Positions 1 through 13,248 of a DNA stretch of 64,000 bases are shown here, piece by piece. Made by a program: the position numbers and the translations under genes. The number at the start of each line of letters is the position of its first letter. Position 1 is the stretch's first letter. Source of the stretch: Psilocybe cubensis (taxonomy: Eukaryota); the NCBI GenBank assembly GCA_017499595.2, contig CM039001.1, positions 2,852,001-2,916,000 on the forward strand. Direction: 5' to 3'. The notes under the pieces are model-generated. The model searched no databases. It saw only the letters and a program-made list of their open reading frames with translations, and had not been told where the DNA came from.

Positions 1-1562
1 AATAAAATTGCACCATAATGAAATCAATTTTTAATGAAAGTGCACAGAAATAAATTGAATTAACACTAATGAAAGCATACCACAATGAAATGAATAACTT
101 CTAATAAAAGTATGAGTTAGTAATTTAATAAAATGAAATAAGCTTTACTAGCAATAAAACAAATAAGATTAAAAAAACTGCCAGGTGTGTATAATGAAAT
201 GAAACAGTACTACTGCAAGTATTCTATTGAAACAGTAAGGTAACTTAATAAAATGGTTTCAAAAATGTAAGGTAAGATAACAAATTCCTATATAACTAAT
301 TATCTTAGATTTATAATATGGCTGGAAGCTACAAGTTAGGTATACATCCTTAAGCACCAAAAGGAGGATTTTGGCAGGTTATTCTTTCAGCCAGTTTAGA
401 ACAAGCCTGCAACCATTAAATTGAAGTTTGGTAAAGCAAGAAGAAAAGGCAAAGGTACAGGCAAGAAAAGTAAGTGAAATAACATCATGCCTGATTTTCT
501 GGACTGATAGATGAATAAAAAACAATAAAAATAATAAGGTACTAATTCTTATGAAGTTAGTTCAAAAGTATTTTGCCCAGTTTAAAAAGGCATATTCTGG
601 AGGAAAACATATTAAGATACTCAAAACCTGGTGTTAGGCAAACTTACTGGATTCAAAGTCAAAAATTACTATTGCAAACCATATAACCTTATTTCATAAA
701 TTTGTTGCAAAGTTGGAGGAACAAATAGGTTTTAAAGCTTTTTTATTAGTATTGGATGTTAATCCAAACTTTTTTCTCTTCTAATCTTTTTACTTCACTA
801 TTATTGCAGATCCATTAAGCCTCTCTCTTATATAATATTGAGACGGCTTTTATTACAGCCAGCGGTATAATCCTAGAGGACAATATCATGCATCTAGGAT
901 TTTCTGCAAATGCTAAGGATGTAATAATATTATCTTGTTCATTTTATCTATGGCTAATAAATTGCCTAGTTTTTTACCAACTGATTAAAAGTTTTGATAA
1001 ACAACCTTCTTGCCTATTTCAAAGCCCATATTAAATATGCTTATCTATATTTCACTTTATTAGTCAGTTTGAGCTAACAATTATCTGCACTAGCAACAAC
1101 TTATTGTTAGAACAAATTCCAAACTGTGATCCAGAAGAAGAGTCCAACTCAACAGATTTACTATTAAAAATAGCATTGCCTTCTAAGCCCAGATCCATAG
1201 ACAAAAAGACAACTAGCTAATAAATGGCTTGTTCTACTCATGTGTATGCAATAGTAAAAACTGGGCTTGCGTTGGATGAACCGTCTTTGCAGTTGGGCAT
1301 TGATTATTCTACACTTGACACTCTGAGAAATGAGTTTGCCATCTTGGCGTATAAGCATAGACTGTAGCTTTGATTGAAATCCAAAACCAAAAGTGGAAAA
1401 GAGTTTCTACAATTTGCATAAGGAGCAATATTAAGGCAGCTTCAATAGAAAAGCATCAATATCTATGGCTGGTCTGAAAATGTTTCATTCCCTACTAGCC
1501 ATGGGAAAGGAATTTCAAACCTCAAAGGTAAAGAACAAATTTTTCTTTTAAAGGCTATCCAT

Positions 1563-3116
1563 TAAAGATTGAAGTTTGTGATTTGTTATAAGCTATAAAT
1601 ACACCTAACTTTCTTAAGAAAGGATGTTGTCTAGGATTTAAATAGATAAGAATTGTGTAGATAGTGAAGAGCAATGAAAACGAGATGGTAAGTAGTGAAT
1701 AGCCAGGTCTTTTGGGTACAATGGTGAATAATCCTTCAGAAAATGAAATGAAGCTGTGAAATTGGATGGCGGATATATAGGGAAAGCATAATGAAGATGT
1801 GTAGAATGCGTAGGAAAAATCAATTAAGATAAACCTTAGAGGGGTGGTCTGGAGAGGATTGGGGACATTTTAAGGGGAAATAAGAAGGTAACTGGAAGTA
1901 AGAATGTTGTTGAATGGCTGAATTTTGATAAATAAATAGTGAAGATGATAGATTCCTTAAATTGATAATTTTTCTAAAGCTTAGAATGAATTGGTACATT
2001 GCGGGAGTATCAACTGAATTGAAACTGAATGGATAAGTCTATCTCAAATAAAATCACTCCAGATGAGTTGACAGAAGAAAAAATGTCTTGGAACAACTTC
2101 TAACGGCAATGGTTGAAAGACATAGAAGGGAAAAGTGTGGTAACGGATTGGATAAAGGAGAGGAAATAGGGAGGTTTTGGATGTCTGGATAAAGGTGGGA
2201 TTTTCAATGCTGGGAAGAAGAGACATTGGAAGAGAAGAGGGACTAGTCTTGGATGAAATCCTTTATCAATGGAAAGTGAGATGACTTTAGATAAATGAAT
2301 GTGAACTTGGTTTCATTGGAGGGTGGAACTGATGACTGATTTTGACTTGGGCTTGGGATTGGGCTTGAACTTGACCTTAGAATTGGAATAAATCAATGCA
2401 GATTGACTTAAAATTGACTTGCTTTAAAGAAAGTGGGAACTGGATATAACTTTCCTGTCATTTTGTGTAATTCTACTATAGCTTTTATACTAAAAGCTAT
2501 ATGAATGAAATACTAAGCTACTGAAAACCAAATCATATACTGTATAAAGTATTAAGAATAAGGCTACACAAGTATAACAATAAGCAAGAACAATAAGACA
2601 TATCAATATTGATACAACAATAGATAAGAAACGAATAGGATGAGTAAGAAAGAAGTGTACAACAAAAGTGAATGGTAATACAAATTAAATAAAAGAAGCA
2701 AGGATGAGTCAGAAATATAGAAGATTGATAAGATAAAGACAATAAAGGTGCAACAGACAATAGAAAATATATAATTAAACACAAAAGATGAGTAAGATGA
2801 ACCAAAAATAAGTTGGAATGATTAATCCGCAGTCTAATGCTAAGTAAGACCATTGAGTTGATAAAAATAGAGTTGACAGTCCAGCTATGCAAAACAGTGC
2901 AGAATGCTGTGCAGTTGATTGATGACTGATCTGTCACATAGCCTTGATGATCTGACAGCATAACATGATCCAGAATAACATAGCCCTTATGTGACGAGTG
3001 TTGATAAGATAAGATGAGTGGATGACTTATGAAAAACAAATGATTACTTGGGTTAAAGGAGTCATGTATAAATCCAATTTGAATATCTCATCTCCAATCA
3101 GGATTGGGGTATAATA
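1563..3116. mobile_element. Family D ~1.6-kb insertion, copy 1 (long solo LTR or non-autonomous element)
   Basis: Colinear with 43031..44649 along its length. Flanked by a near-perfect 4-bp duplication, CCAT (1559-1562) / CTAT (3117-3120). No recognisable coding domain. Confidence 0.7.
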
Positions 3117-4392
3117 CTATTTTAATAGCCTAATATTCCATAAGGTTTCTGAAGATACATATTGCAAATTACTGTCATTTGGATATTTTTGTTGTTTACT
3201 TATTATTTTGCATATAGCCTATGCCTAAAAACCAATCCTTCATACATGGCAAATCTCCAATAGCTGGCTTAAGTAATCACTTGGCCAAACAAAGATATAT
3301 AAAGAAAAAACTTTATGATGAGCCTTTGTATAGTGCTGTATTGGATAATAACTTGGTATTACAGGCCACCTTAGTTATGGATATTGATGAGGGACCCAAC
3401 ATATTGAGTGTCAGTAAGAGTGATAACAACAATACTCCTGTTCAAGATCTGGTTGCTTCACATCTTGGTGACAAAAAGTGTAAGTTTCTTGATATTAAAA
3501 TAAATGATTGCATAATAACACCTGAATTGTTGTTAGTACTCCAGGCCAAGTTCCTCATGTCTGCTGGCAATAGAAAAACTAGTCATAGGACTTCAGTGTT
3601 ACTATTTATATTAGCTTAAGATATTTAAAAATCATCTGTTATGCCTATCGGTATACACGCTAGCTCAATGGCAGAATTAGAGGTTCCTACAATAGCCACC
3701 TCCCTTTATCTGCAATTGAAAGTATTTCTGCTGTGGAAAGCACAGTAAATATAGTACCCTTATCTTTGCAGCCTTCTTCAAGGACAAAGCCAAAGGTGCA
3801 TTACCCTTAAATATATCAGTACTATTTTCAGCCCTAGAAAATGAATTTTTTTTGGCACCAGCATACACTATACTAGCTACTCTAGTACAGTCTAACAGGA
3901 ATGTGGAGAATCAGATCTTGCCTCAAATTACAGCACAACCAGTGCAACCCAATGGCGGAGAACATCAACCGCAATCATTGTTAGCCAACATTTTTGCTGA
4001 AAACCTGCATATTGTCCCTTCATACCATTTATCATAGCCAAACTTGATACCATATCATAAGACCTTTACTTCAAGTACAATTTTAAATGTTAGAGCAAAC
4101 ATGGGGCATCTAGACAATGGCATAGGAACCAGTGTTAGATTTACCCCCTTTCTATAATCCCATGGCATTCATACCCATCTCTCTATGCCTAACCACGTGA
4201 TTGGACAAGGAGTCTATCTTACTGGGCAATACTAGTCCCAAATGGCTTCAACACCACACCCTCAAACCACTATTTCAAACACAATGTTGAACAATAGTAT
4301 TAGAATTGATACATTCCCTCATTCCTAGCAGTACCATTCAATGAGCCAGTGTCAGTTCCCAGAGCCACAGGCTAGGACAGCATGTTTATAAT

Positions 4393-4890
4393 GTGTCAGC
4401 ATTTTCAAATTTCAATGGCGGTGCTTGTACCAATGTGCCAGCACTTACTTTTACTATGCCTGTTGGGGGCACTCCTAATAATATGTATTGGCATCCAATA
4501 TTCAATGGAAATGCTTCATCAAACATGCCAGCACAAGCATTCTTGAATTTCAACAGGGATAGCAATGCACAAGCACAACCATTTACTGTACCTATAGGGA
4601 AAGCTTCTAATAATGCACCAGGCCAATCATCTAATATGTCCATTCCAGGCTTCAATAGAGAAGCATCTTCTAATGTGCCTGCCTCAGCTTTCAATATGTC
4701 TGGGAAACTGTTCAACGCATTTGTTTTGGGTAGCAATAGTAGTGCTCCTAACACTGCACCAGGACAGGCAGTGAACACTTTGATTCTAAGTTTTAATTGG
4801 TACACAACATCTTCCAATGCACTAGCACAACCATTCTACATATTTGTTCCTAGTTTTAATGAGGCACCATTTTCTAATGTGCCTGCCTAA
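4393..4890 (+). pseudogene. Remnant of a low-complexity repeat-protein gene of unknown origin
   Basis: ORF with recurring SSN(V/M/A)PAQ(A/P)F-like peptide units. Surrounding frames (3221..5200) are broken by stops. Confidence 0.3.
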
Positions 4891-7651
4891 ATATTTAACG
4901 TGCACTTTTCAGCTCTTTATAGTAGCACACCTGCTTTGAATGGCACCACACATTCAATGTATTATTTGGTATTATAGCAATAACCTTATCTTTAATACGG
5001 ATATCAGATGCTTTAGTGTCAACCACAACAAACAATGTATCAATTGGTAGCATAGTATTTAGCATAACTATGGCACTCACATAACAATGCACAGTATCAA
5101 CCTCAACAGGTAGAACTGACACATCCAAGTCACTAAACACAATTTAACAACTAAAATCAACCACAACAATACTTACAACAATATCAAAGCCAACTAAATT
5201 GAATGGGAGCAGTATGTCCAAACCAACCTGAATTCATGTCTCCCACTTGTCAAATCCCATTTAAGATATTTGGTCATTGTTTATCTGCTTTTTTTATGTA
5301 TCAAGTTTCTCAACTTGTTGGGTAAATGCTCATGATGAATGTCAAGTTATAGGTTTTCTATTTCTAAGAATAGTCAGCCCTTAATGATAACTATAATTCT
5401 AGATAGCCCACTGGAAAACTTACTCTACAATTGTTTAATGTGGGGCATTCCAAGATTCTTTAGCTTTTTACTGCCTCCTGTATTTTTTCTTATAATGCAT
5501 TGGATATTAATGTTACATATTCATGTTGCAATTGACAAAGTAGAATTAATACAAATTCTACTGTTTATTCTAATCAAATTGCGAAGTCATAACCACATGT
5601 TTTTTTAGAGTGCTTCACTCAAAGTCTAAAACAATGAGGTATTGTCCTGGATATTATAATTGCAAACACAAGCAGCATAATAGTTTTATCAAAAATATCA
5701 GAAGGCAAAGAAAACTATGAGCACACTATGTGGCATAAATATACATGAGATTTGGCAAGCTAAGCTTTACATTCCTCTTTGTTGAGTAAGGTATTGTAGA
5801 ATATCAATAACTTTCAAGGCAGGATACTTTGCATAGTTAATCTGCAATAATCCTTCATCTTTATCTTTAACCTTATAGCTTCTCTAGCTTCTGTATCCAA
5901 AAGTAGATTTATATTGACGCTGCACACACATTTGTTAGTTGTAGGACACATGTGTCAAATTTTTTTTCTGACCTCTTTCAGTCTTTTGTATTTTGCTTGA
6001 ATTATTGTATAATGTGAATATCCCAGAAGTTTTAAAACTATTGTCTACTATATAATTTCTACTATTAATTACACTATTACAAATGCATAATGGAAAAGAA
6101 GTAATAAGAGACAATGATACTTTTGACCACTGAACTTTAGGACAGGGCCAACAATTTGATCTAGTGATGGCATTGCTTATATGAAACATTTCTCTGGCCA
6201 GAGATCAAAATTACTCAAATAAATAGGTATAGGTTAGGTTAGGGTTAGATTATCAAGATGACCATACAGCTGTAACAAAAACCAATAGGTATATGGCTGC
6301 TGGCATAGTAGATACCTGGAGATTCCCCTGGACAATATTAGACATTATAGAATCAGCTTATTAGTGATAACTAGATAAATTCGATTGGTATCCTTGTATA
6401 TTCTTTACTAATGCTTATATCTTGTTTACAGATATTTTGGAGGTATTTGGTGCAAGGTGCTTTGATACAAAATATAGATCAGACTTCATTCAAGAAAATC
6501 AGATAAATTTGCTTTGTATATCTTTATAATGCATCATATTTATTGTGGGAATTGAATAGGGGCCATATTATATCACAGGACATTGCTATCAAAGAATCAG
6601 CCTAGCCCTAAAGTAGGATGGTTTAACCAGTTTTCCAAATCTTTGTAACAACTTTTTTGCCTATTCTTGCAATTCATAAAAATAGCTATAGTTTGCCTTT
6701 TTGTGATAAGTAGCAGTAGACAAACTAAAATTATAATATAATGTCTCAAAGCAATACTGAAGATTGTACTGGAGATCCCAGCATAATAGACACAAATAGT
6801 AGGTTATTGAATGTTTGTAAGTATAAGACTATCTTACAATTAGGCATCCCAGGTGAACCATTCCACAGCACATTTATGTAGGTTCAATGCCATAGATTCT
6901 AATCCCAATTGATATTTAACAAATTGACAGCATCTCTGATGAAAGAACATCCACTCTATATAAGTTGATTTTAAAATAGAATAGCAATTTTCCATCTGCT
7001 TACTGTAAAGCAGCATTTTGCTTAACAGATTGAGAATTTTGAGAAAACACTTAGAAGAAGCAATTCAGTTTACTTTCATAATACATGTGCCTTGCTAGGT
7101 TTCCATGATATAGCAGGAGGAATATTTTCTATCCCAGTATAGGCCCTTGTTACAAAATTACTATGAACTTGCTTAGTGCATATTGCCTTCTCAATTGTAT
7201 TGTAACCAATCCATCTATTGCAAGTCTTTCTGGCCTACCAGCTTTCTCTAATATCTTGCAATCTGTAACTTGGACATTAGCAATGTTACAAACTTTCAAG
7301 GTAAGTTTCTATATCATAAACTCAGAAGCCTAAACTCTATTATATCACTACAAGGCTGGGATGCTATCCAAAATTAGCCAAATAGACTACAGCAGGCCTG
7401 TAATATAATTTGCAAGAAATGAATGCCTCTGTTATGCTCACACTTTGCATTCACTATCCTTGGCACATCATACAAAAAAAAATTATACAATCTGTGGAAA
7501 TTTCAAAATCTGTGGCAATTTCAAAGCTGTGGCCTTGTATTTGTCTATTCTGCAAAAAGCAGCTTAGCTATCTTCTTCAGACAACAATATACAAGGTGTT
7601 GACAAGAGACTAGCCGTTTTGACAATGGATTTGAGCACATCCATAGACAAT

Positions 7652-10604
7652 AATTCCACTTCATCTCCATTCTGAGGTCTATCTGCCTTGGACAGAACAG
7701 TGCCCACCAAGTAAATACTGTGTAGGACCCAAATCATTGTCAGGGTTTCTCCAGTTTCCCCTCTTTATCTTCACAGAATTATCTTATCCTTTCATTATCT
7801 TATCAATTATCTGATTAGATAGTTTATTTCTTTCATCACAGCCTTCTTGCTCCACTTCTTTCTAGTAAATTCTATATGATTCCTAGTCTTACTCATTTCT
7901 TTTCTATATGATGTCACTTTTATTCTTTAACCTTTCTTTATGATGTATTGTAGGAAATATTCTAGAATAGCTGTAGAGTATAAATACTGGACTTGTAGGT
8001 AGCTGTAGCTTCAGCTTCAATCTTTTAGGATATCTACTATCATTGGTATGATCTTTTAGAATCATTGAGTCTCTCTCACTCTCTTATTTTCTCTCTGCTT
8101 TCTTACTCTTCCTCTGCTCTCTCTCTCTCTCTCTTGCTTAATCTTTGTTGGTGGCCTTGTCACACTGATTATAGTGTTGCCCTGACAATCATGGAGTTCA
8201 AAGTGCACAGCTAGCTGCTTGATAGCTCTATCTATGGCAGTGTCCGATTTGGAGGCAAAGATAATGTCATCAATGTAAATGGGAACAATAATCTTCACAT
8301 CTCCATCTGAATAGACGTAGACAGAGCGATCTGATTCTATACGCTTGAACCCCATATCTGACAATGCCTCATGCAATGTGAGATTCCATTGACGTGCAGA
8401 CTGCTTAAGACCATAGAGCCATTTTTTGAGCTTCAAAACCATGTTAGGACCACCTTGGTGAAATCCTTCAGGTTGCAGCATGTAAATCACCTTGTCTAGA
8501 TCACCTTTAGTAAAAGCAGCTGTAATATCAACAGACCGCAACTTCAAGTCTCCAATGGCGGCCAGAGCCACAATCAAGCAGAAAGTAGCAGGGTGGAAAG
8601 TAGGAGCAAAGACCTCATGGTAATCAATGCGAGGACGCTGACTGTAGCCCTTGGCAACAATACGAGCCTTGTAGCGCTCTATACTGCCATCTGCATTTCG
8701 CTTGATTTTAAAGACGCAACCATAGCCAATTGCCTTTTGACCCGGAGGGAGCTCAACTCGCTCCCAAGTTTGATTGTGCTGCAACAGATTGAATTCTGTG
8801 TTAGCAGCCTCTTCCCACATGTGCGCATCAGGCGCTTTCATTGCCTGTTTGAATGTGCGCGGATCTGCGCTTGAAACAAGCCCAGCAAACTCCACCTCTT
8901 CAAATCCAGGATCATTGGCTTCAGGTGGTTTAGGATCATGTGAGACCTTCCACCATTCACCAGGCTGCTTAGGAACGCGAATAGTGCGTCTCAACGTTGC
9001 AGGATCAACTGGAGCACACTGGCGGCGTGCAGGCTTAGGAGGAGGTGCAGGAACGGCCTCAGGCTGTGGCGGTTCAGCTGGCTGTTCAGGAGGCGCAATA
9101 GGCACTTCTGGCTCAATGACAGGACTTGGAGTAGAGTCATCCTCATCATCGTCAAAGTTGAAGCCATTAGAGTCCCCCCCTGAATTGAGAGGTGGTGCAC
9201 TTGCAGAAGAAGTGGGAAGAAGGTCAAACTTTGGCATAGGGCCAGTGGACACCCCAGAGAAGCACCTTTCGTCAAAATCAGCTCTCTCAGAGATAATGAA
9301 CCTTTTGGTGACTGTGTTGTAAAACTCCCAGCCCTTGTACCCAGTAGGATACCCAACAAAGATACACTTTTCCATATGAGGCTGCAACGATTTGCGCTTA
9401 TCTCCCTGAACATAAACATATGCAAGGCAACCCCAAACCCTCAAATGACTAACATTAGGTTTGCGCTTGTTCCAGCTTTCATACGGAGTCTTGTCCGGTA
9501 AAGGAGCTGTAGGAACACGATTCCATACATGCATGTATGCTGCAATACAGCGAACCCAAAATGAAGGTGGTACACGAGCCTCATTGAGCATGGAAGTAAC
9601 ATGTTCTGCCATGGTGCAATTTGCACGCTCTGCAACTCCGTTCTGTTGTGGGCAATTTTGCGTTGTATGACGACGCTCAATGCCATACTGGTCAGTAAAT
9701 TTGATAAAAGCATTTGACATGTATTCACTAGCTTTGTTATTCTGCAGTGCTTTGATCTTAAAGCCTAATTTGTTCTAAGCCCAGCTCTACTCCTTGTATG
9801 GTCATCAATAAAGGTTATCCAGTAGCGATAGCCTTCAGGAGTAGGGGGCGAGCTAGGACCTTTCAGATCTGAGAAGATAAGCGCAAGCGGAACATCTGAC
9901 ATGCTTGGTGAAGAAGGAAATGGGTTGGAATGCATCTTGCCTGCAAGGCAAAGTTCACAAATGGGGTCAGGCTGTTGCTATGAATTCAGCTTGAGTCCAG
10001 TAACCATACTCTCTCTAATTATCTTTTGGAGGTCAGTGTAGCTATGATGAGCAAACCGACGATGCCAGAAACTGATATCAAGGGGTAGAGTGGAATTGGA
10101 GGAAATGAAGGCAGACTCTGAAATTGGAACTGTATAACCGTTCAAGTACTGACATCTGCAGAGAAGAGACAAGCTCCTTTGTAATGAAACTCCATCAGAT
10201 TAGCATCAATGGTGATTTTGAAGCCTTTGTGCTTTGTGAGGTATAGAACAGACAGTAGATTGTTTCGGAGATCTGGTACATGTAAAACTCTAGTTAACTC
10301 GACGCCTCTTGACTTTATTCCATTTACAACTGGTTCAAAGAATACAATGCCCACCCCTGCAGAATAAATAACTCGTTCATCTGCTAATCGGATTGGAATG
10401 CGAAGGGGGGTGTAATTTCTAACCCAATTGCGATGGGGCGTCATATGAGAAGTCGCTTCTGTGTCTGCAATCCAATCGTCATTAGTTTGGAGTGAAATGG
10501 AAGAGGGAACATTGGTATTAAGAGCACTTGTATTTCCAGCAAATTCCATGTCCTTGGACTCTTTTTTTTCACTGGATGCCTCTGAGGCCTTGTGTGCTCT
10601 GTTG
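7652..10604 (-). mobile_element. Copia family A, truncated internal fragment (gag end-PR-IN-RT), no LTRs
   Basis: Near-identical to the array units. WIADT protease motif, QQNGVAER integrase motif, RT YIDD. Internal deletions of 16, 58 and 122 bp relative to array unit 1. Interrupted by the solo LTR at 7738..8187. Confidence 0.95.
7738..8187 (+). repeat. Solo LTR of Gypsy family B (450 bp)
   Basis: TGTCAGGG...CCCTGACA termini. Perfect TSD ATCAT (7733-7737, 8188-8192). Matches the LTRs at 50282 and 56165. Confidence 0.96.
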
Positions 10605-10981
10605 TTAGACACTGATAAGTGGCTAAATGAAATCACTATTTACAATCACTTGACTTAAAATGTACTTTTAGATTAGGTAAATAATTTATATTATGACTAA
10701 CCCCAGGGTGCTGCATGTTTGCTGTATGTGTGCTCCATTGCTGCAGTGCTATGGGCTACTGGAATGTTGTGGCCTGTACTATTGGGGTGCTGCAAGTCAC
10801 GTGTGCCATAAGCAGTATGTGGTCTATCAATTCCTATTGCAGTGATATTGCTGTTTGGCCAGTTGCTAAGATTGATATCTCAAAATCCCTATTTGGATTT
10901 TAAGAAGATTTTGGATAGTTGAGTAGATATCCGGAAGAGCAGATATTTGACCGGCTTGGGTCTTTTTAGATAGGTTGTTAC

Positions 10982-11359
10982 TGTTAAAACTGCTCTCTAT
11001 GTCTTCCTCACTTTGCTATCTTATCAGATTAGATTACTTTCTTCTTATCTTTATTTGCTCTCCAGACCATTCTAGACACATGATATTTATCAGTCCATAG
11101 ACTGGTCTGGACCGGACCAGAGTAGACCTAGGTAGACCAGAGTACTTGAGTCTACACAGTATATAGTCACTCTAGTTTACATCCTGAAGTCCCCAGTTAC
11201 TCACTTCGGACTTCAGGTTAGTTTGTTAGCACTTTGCTCAATTCACCCAGTTACACACTTCGGACTTCAGATGCTTTGTGCTCGCTTATCCCTGCGCCCT
11301 ACGTTCTATAACTCGGTCGCCGAGTAGCTCACACTGCCCCGAGCTCGCCTGCTTCAACA
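10982..11359 (+). repeat. Copia A 5' LTR of host copy (378 bp)
   Basis: TGTTAAAAC...TTCAACA, the reverse complement of the five array LTRs. Confidence 0.97.
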
Positions 11360-11371
11360 GGTTATGGGCCC
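11360..11371 (+). promoter_or_regulatory. Primer-binding site, half-tRNA-iMet type
   Basis: GGTTATGGGCCC directly abuts the LTR and is complementary to the anticodon arm of initiator tRNA-Met, as in Drosophila copia and Ty5. Confidence 0.9.
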
Positions 11372-11762
11372 CGCACTCTAAGCGCTCCAATTCCGTGTTT
11401 TGCGAACCAAGTTGCTTTCTGCATAGTTTTCACAAAACGGTCATTTTAGTCTTTTTTGCTTTTTATCCTCTACCAGGCCCGGCCATACATTGCCGCTGCT
11501 AGTAGGGTTGAACGAGCATGCCTTACGCGACTTGTTATCCTCGGTTGAGCGGGCCCCCGTTGCCTAATCCCCGAGTTATTTCTAGTTAAAAGTAACCCTT
11601 TTAAATTAGGCTAGTTTAACTTTGTCTTTTCAACTTGCGTTCGCATCGCACCCCGAGCTCCGGATAACGCCTAGTTTGTTTCCACACATCATTACACATT
11701 TGTACACATTACTACTAACACTCGTATCCATCCGCTTACGTGTTCCTTCGCAATTCGCAATA

Positions 11763-12807
11763 ATGACTTCTGATCCCCAAATCACTTCATTGAACTCAAC
11801 CAACTACAACACCTGGGCAGGCCAGATGACCGCCTATCTCCAGTCTAAAGGGATATGGCGCATTGTCAGCGGTGCTAGAGCACAGCCAACGCTCTCAGAC
11901 AAGCCTACTGCTCAGGAGGAAGCTTTGCTTGAAACCTACTTTGAGCAGAGAGACAAAGCATGTGGTTTGATCTATCTCAGTTTGGAGAATGATCAGAGGG
12001 TTCATGTGAAAGCCATCAAGGATGATCCTATCAAGATGTGGGATGACCTCGCTGCTGTACATCAGCAAAAGCGCCCTGGCAACCGCTTTAATGCATATGA
12101 TGATCTGTTCTCCATCCGAAAGGAGGAAGGTGAAAACCTTCAAACCCTAATCAATAGAGTTGAGCAAGCCATGTTGCTAATTCAGCAGCTTCGCCCTAAG
12201 GGGTTTGATCTGGCTAAGCTTGATGAAGAGCTTGCTTCGCTTGCTCTGGTCAGGGCACTCCCAGAAGAGTACAGTTCATTTGCATCCTCACTTCTCCTTT
12301 TGGACAAGTTGGACAAGGCTACAATTCATCAAGCCTTTGTCACAGAGGACATACAGTGACGTTGCCGTGCTTCGGAGATGCCTGCACTCGCCACCGCGTT
12401 CCAGACCGCTCCAGCCCCTTCTGCATCCAAGCCCAAGTGCGCATTTTGTGATATGACCAATCATGCAATAGACAAGTATCACAAGTTCATTGCTGCGCAA
12501 AAGGATGCGAAGGAGCGTGTCAAAGCGGCTCGCAAAGGCAACAGAGCGCACAAGGCCTCAGAGGCATCCAGTGAGGAAAAAGAGTCCAAGGACATGGAAT
12601 TTGCTGGAAATGCAAGTGCTCTTAATACCGATGTTCCCTCTTCCATTTCACCCCAAACTAATGACGATTGGATTGCAGACACAGGGGCGACTTCTCATAT
12701 GACGCCCCATCGCAATTGGGTTAGAAATTACACCCCCCTTTGCATTCCAATCCGATTAGCAGATGAACGAGTTATTTATTCTGCAGGGGTGGGCACTGTA
12801 TTCTTTG
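11763..12807 (+). pseudogene. gag: Copia gag-protease, disrupted
   Basis: Copia Gag (MTSDPQ...NYNTW), degenerate zinc knuckle, WIADTGATSHM. CGA>TGA stop at 12357. Cut by the array insertion. Confidence 0.92.
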
Positions 12808-13185
12808 TGTTGAAGCAGGCGAGCTCGGGGCAGTGTGAGCTACTCGGCGACCTAGTTATAGAACGTAGGGCGCAGGGATAAGCGAGCACGAAGCGTCTGA
12901 AGTCCGAAGTGAGTAACTGAGTGAATTGAGCAAAGTGCTAACAAACTAACCTGAAGTCCGAAGTGAGTAACTGGGGACTTCAGGATGTAAACTAGAGTGA
13001 CTATATACTGTGTAGACTCAAGTACTCTGGTCTACCTAGGTCTACTCTGGTCCGGTCCAGACCAGTCTATGGACTGATAAATATCATGTATCTAGAATGG
13101 TCTGGAGAGCAAATGAAGATAAGAAGAAAGTAATCTAATCTGATAAGATAGCAAAGTGAGGGAGACATAGAGAGCAGTTTTAACA
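12808..13185 (-). repeat. Copia A LTR (3'-terminal LTR of array)
   Basis: 378 bp, TG...CA, preceded on the minus strand by a PPT. Confidence 0.97.
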
Positions 13186-13194
13186 CTCCCCCCT
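13186..13194 (-). promoter_or_regulatory. Polypurine tract (the only one in the array)
   Basis: Purine run AG6AG on the minus strand immediately before the LTR TG. Confidence 0.9.
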
Positions 13195-13248
13195 ATTCTG
13201 ACAAGTCTCCAGAACAAAGAAAAATAAAGCAAAACAGAGAAAGAAAGA

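Noticed and set aside
6231-6248. AGGTTAGGTTAGGGTTAG as an interstitial telomere
   Set aside because: Only one TTAGGG unit; too short.
5600-7650. Possible decayed transposase on the minus strand
   Set aside because: Looks like eroded coding sequence, but I could not recognise any diagnostic motif.
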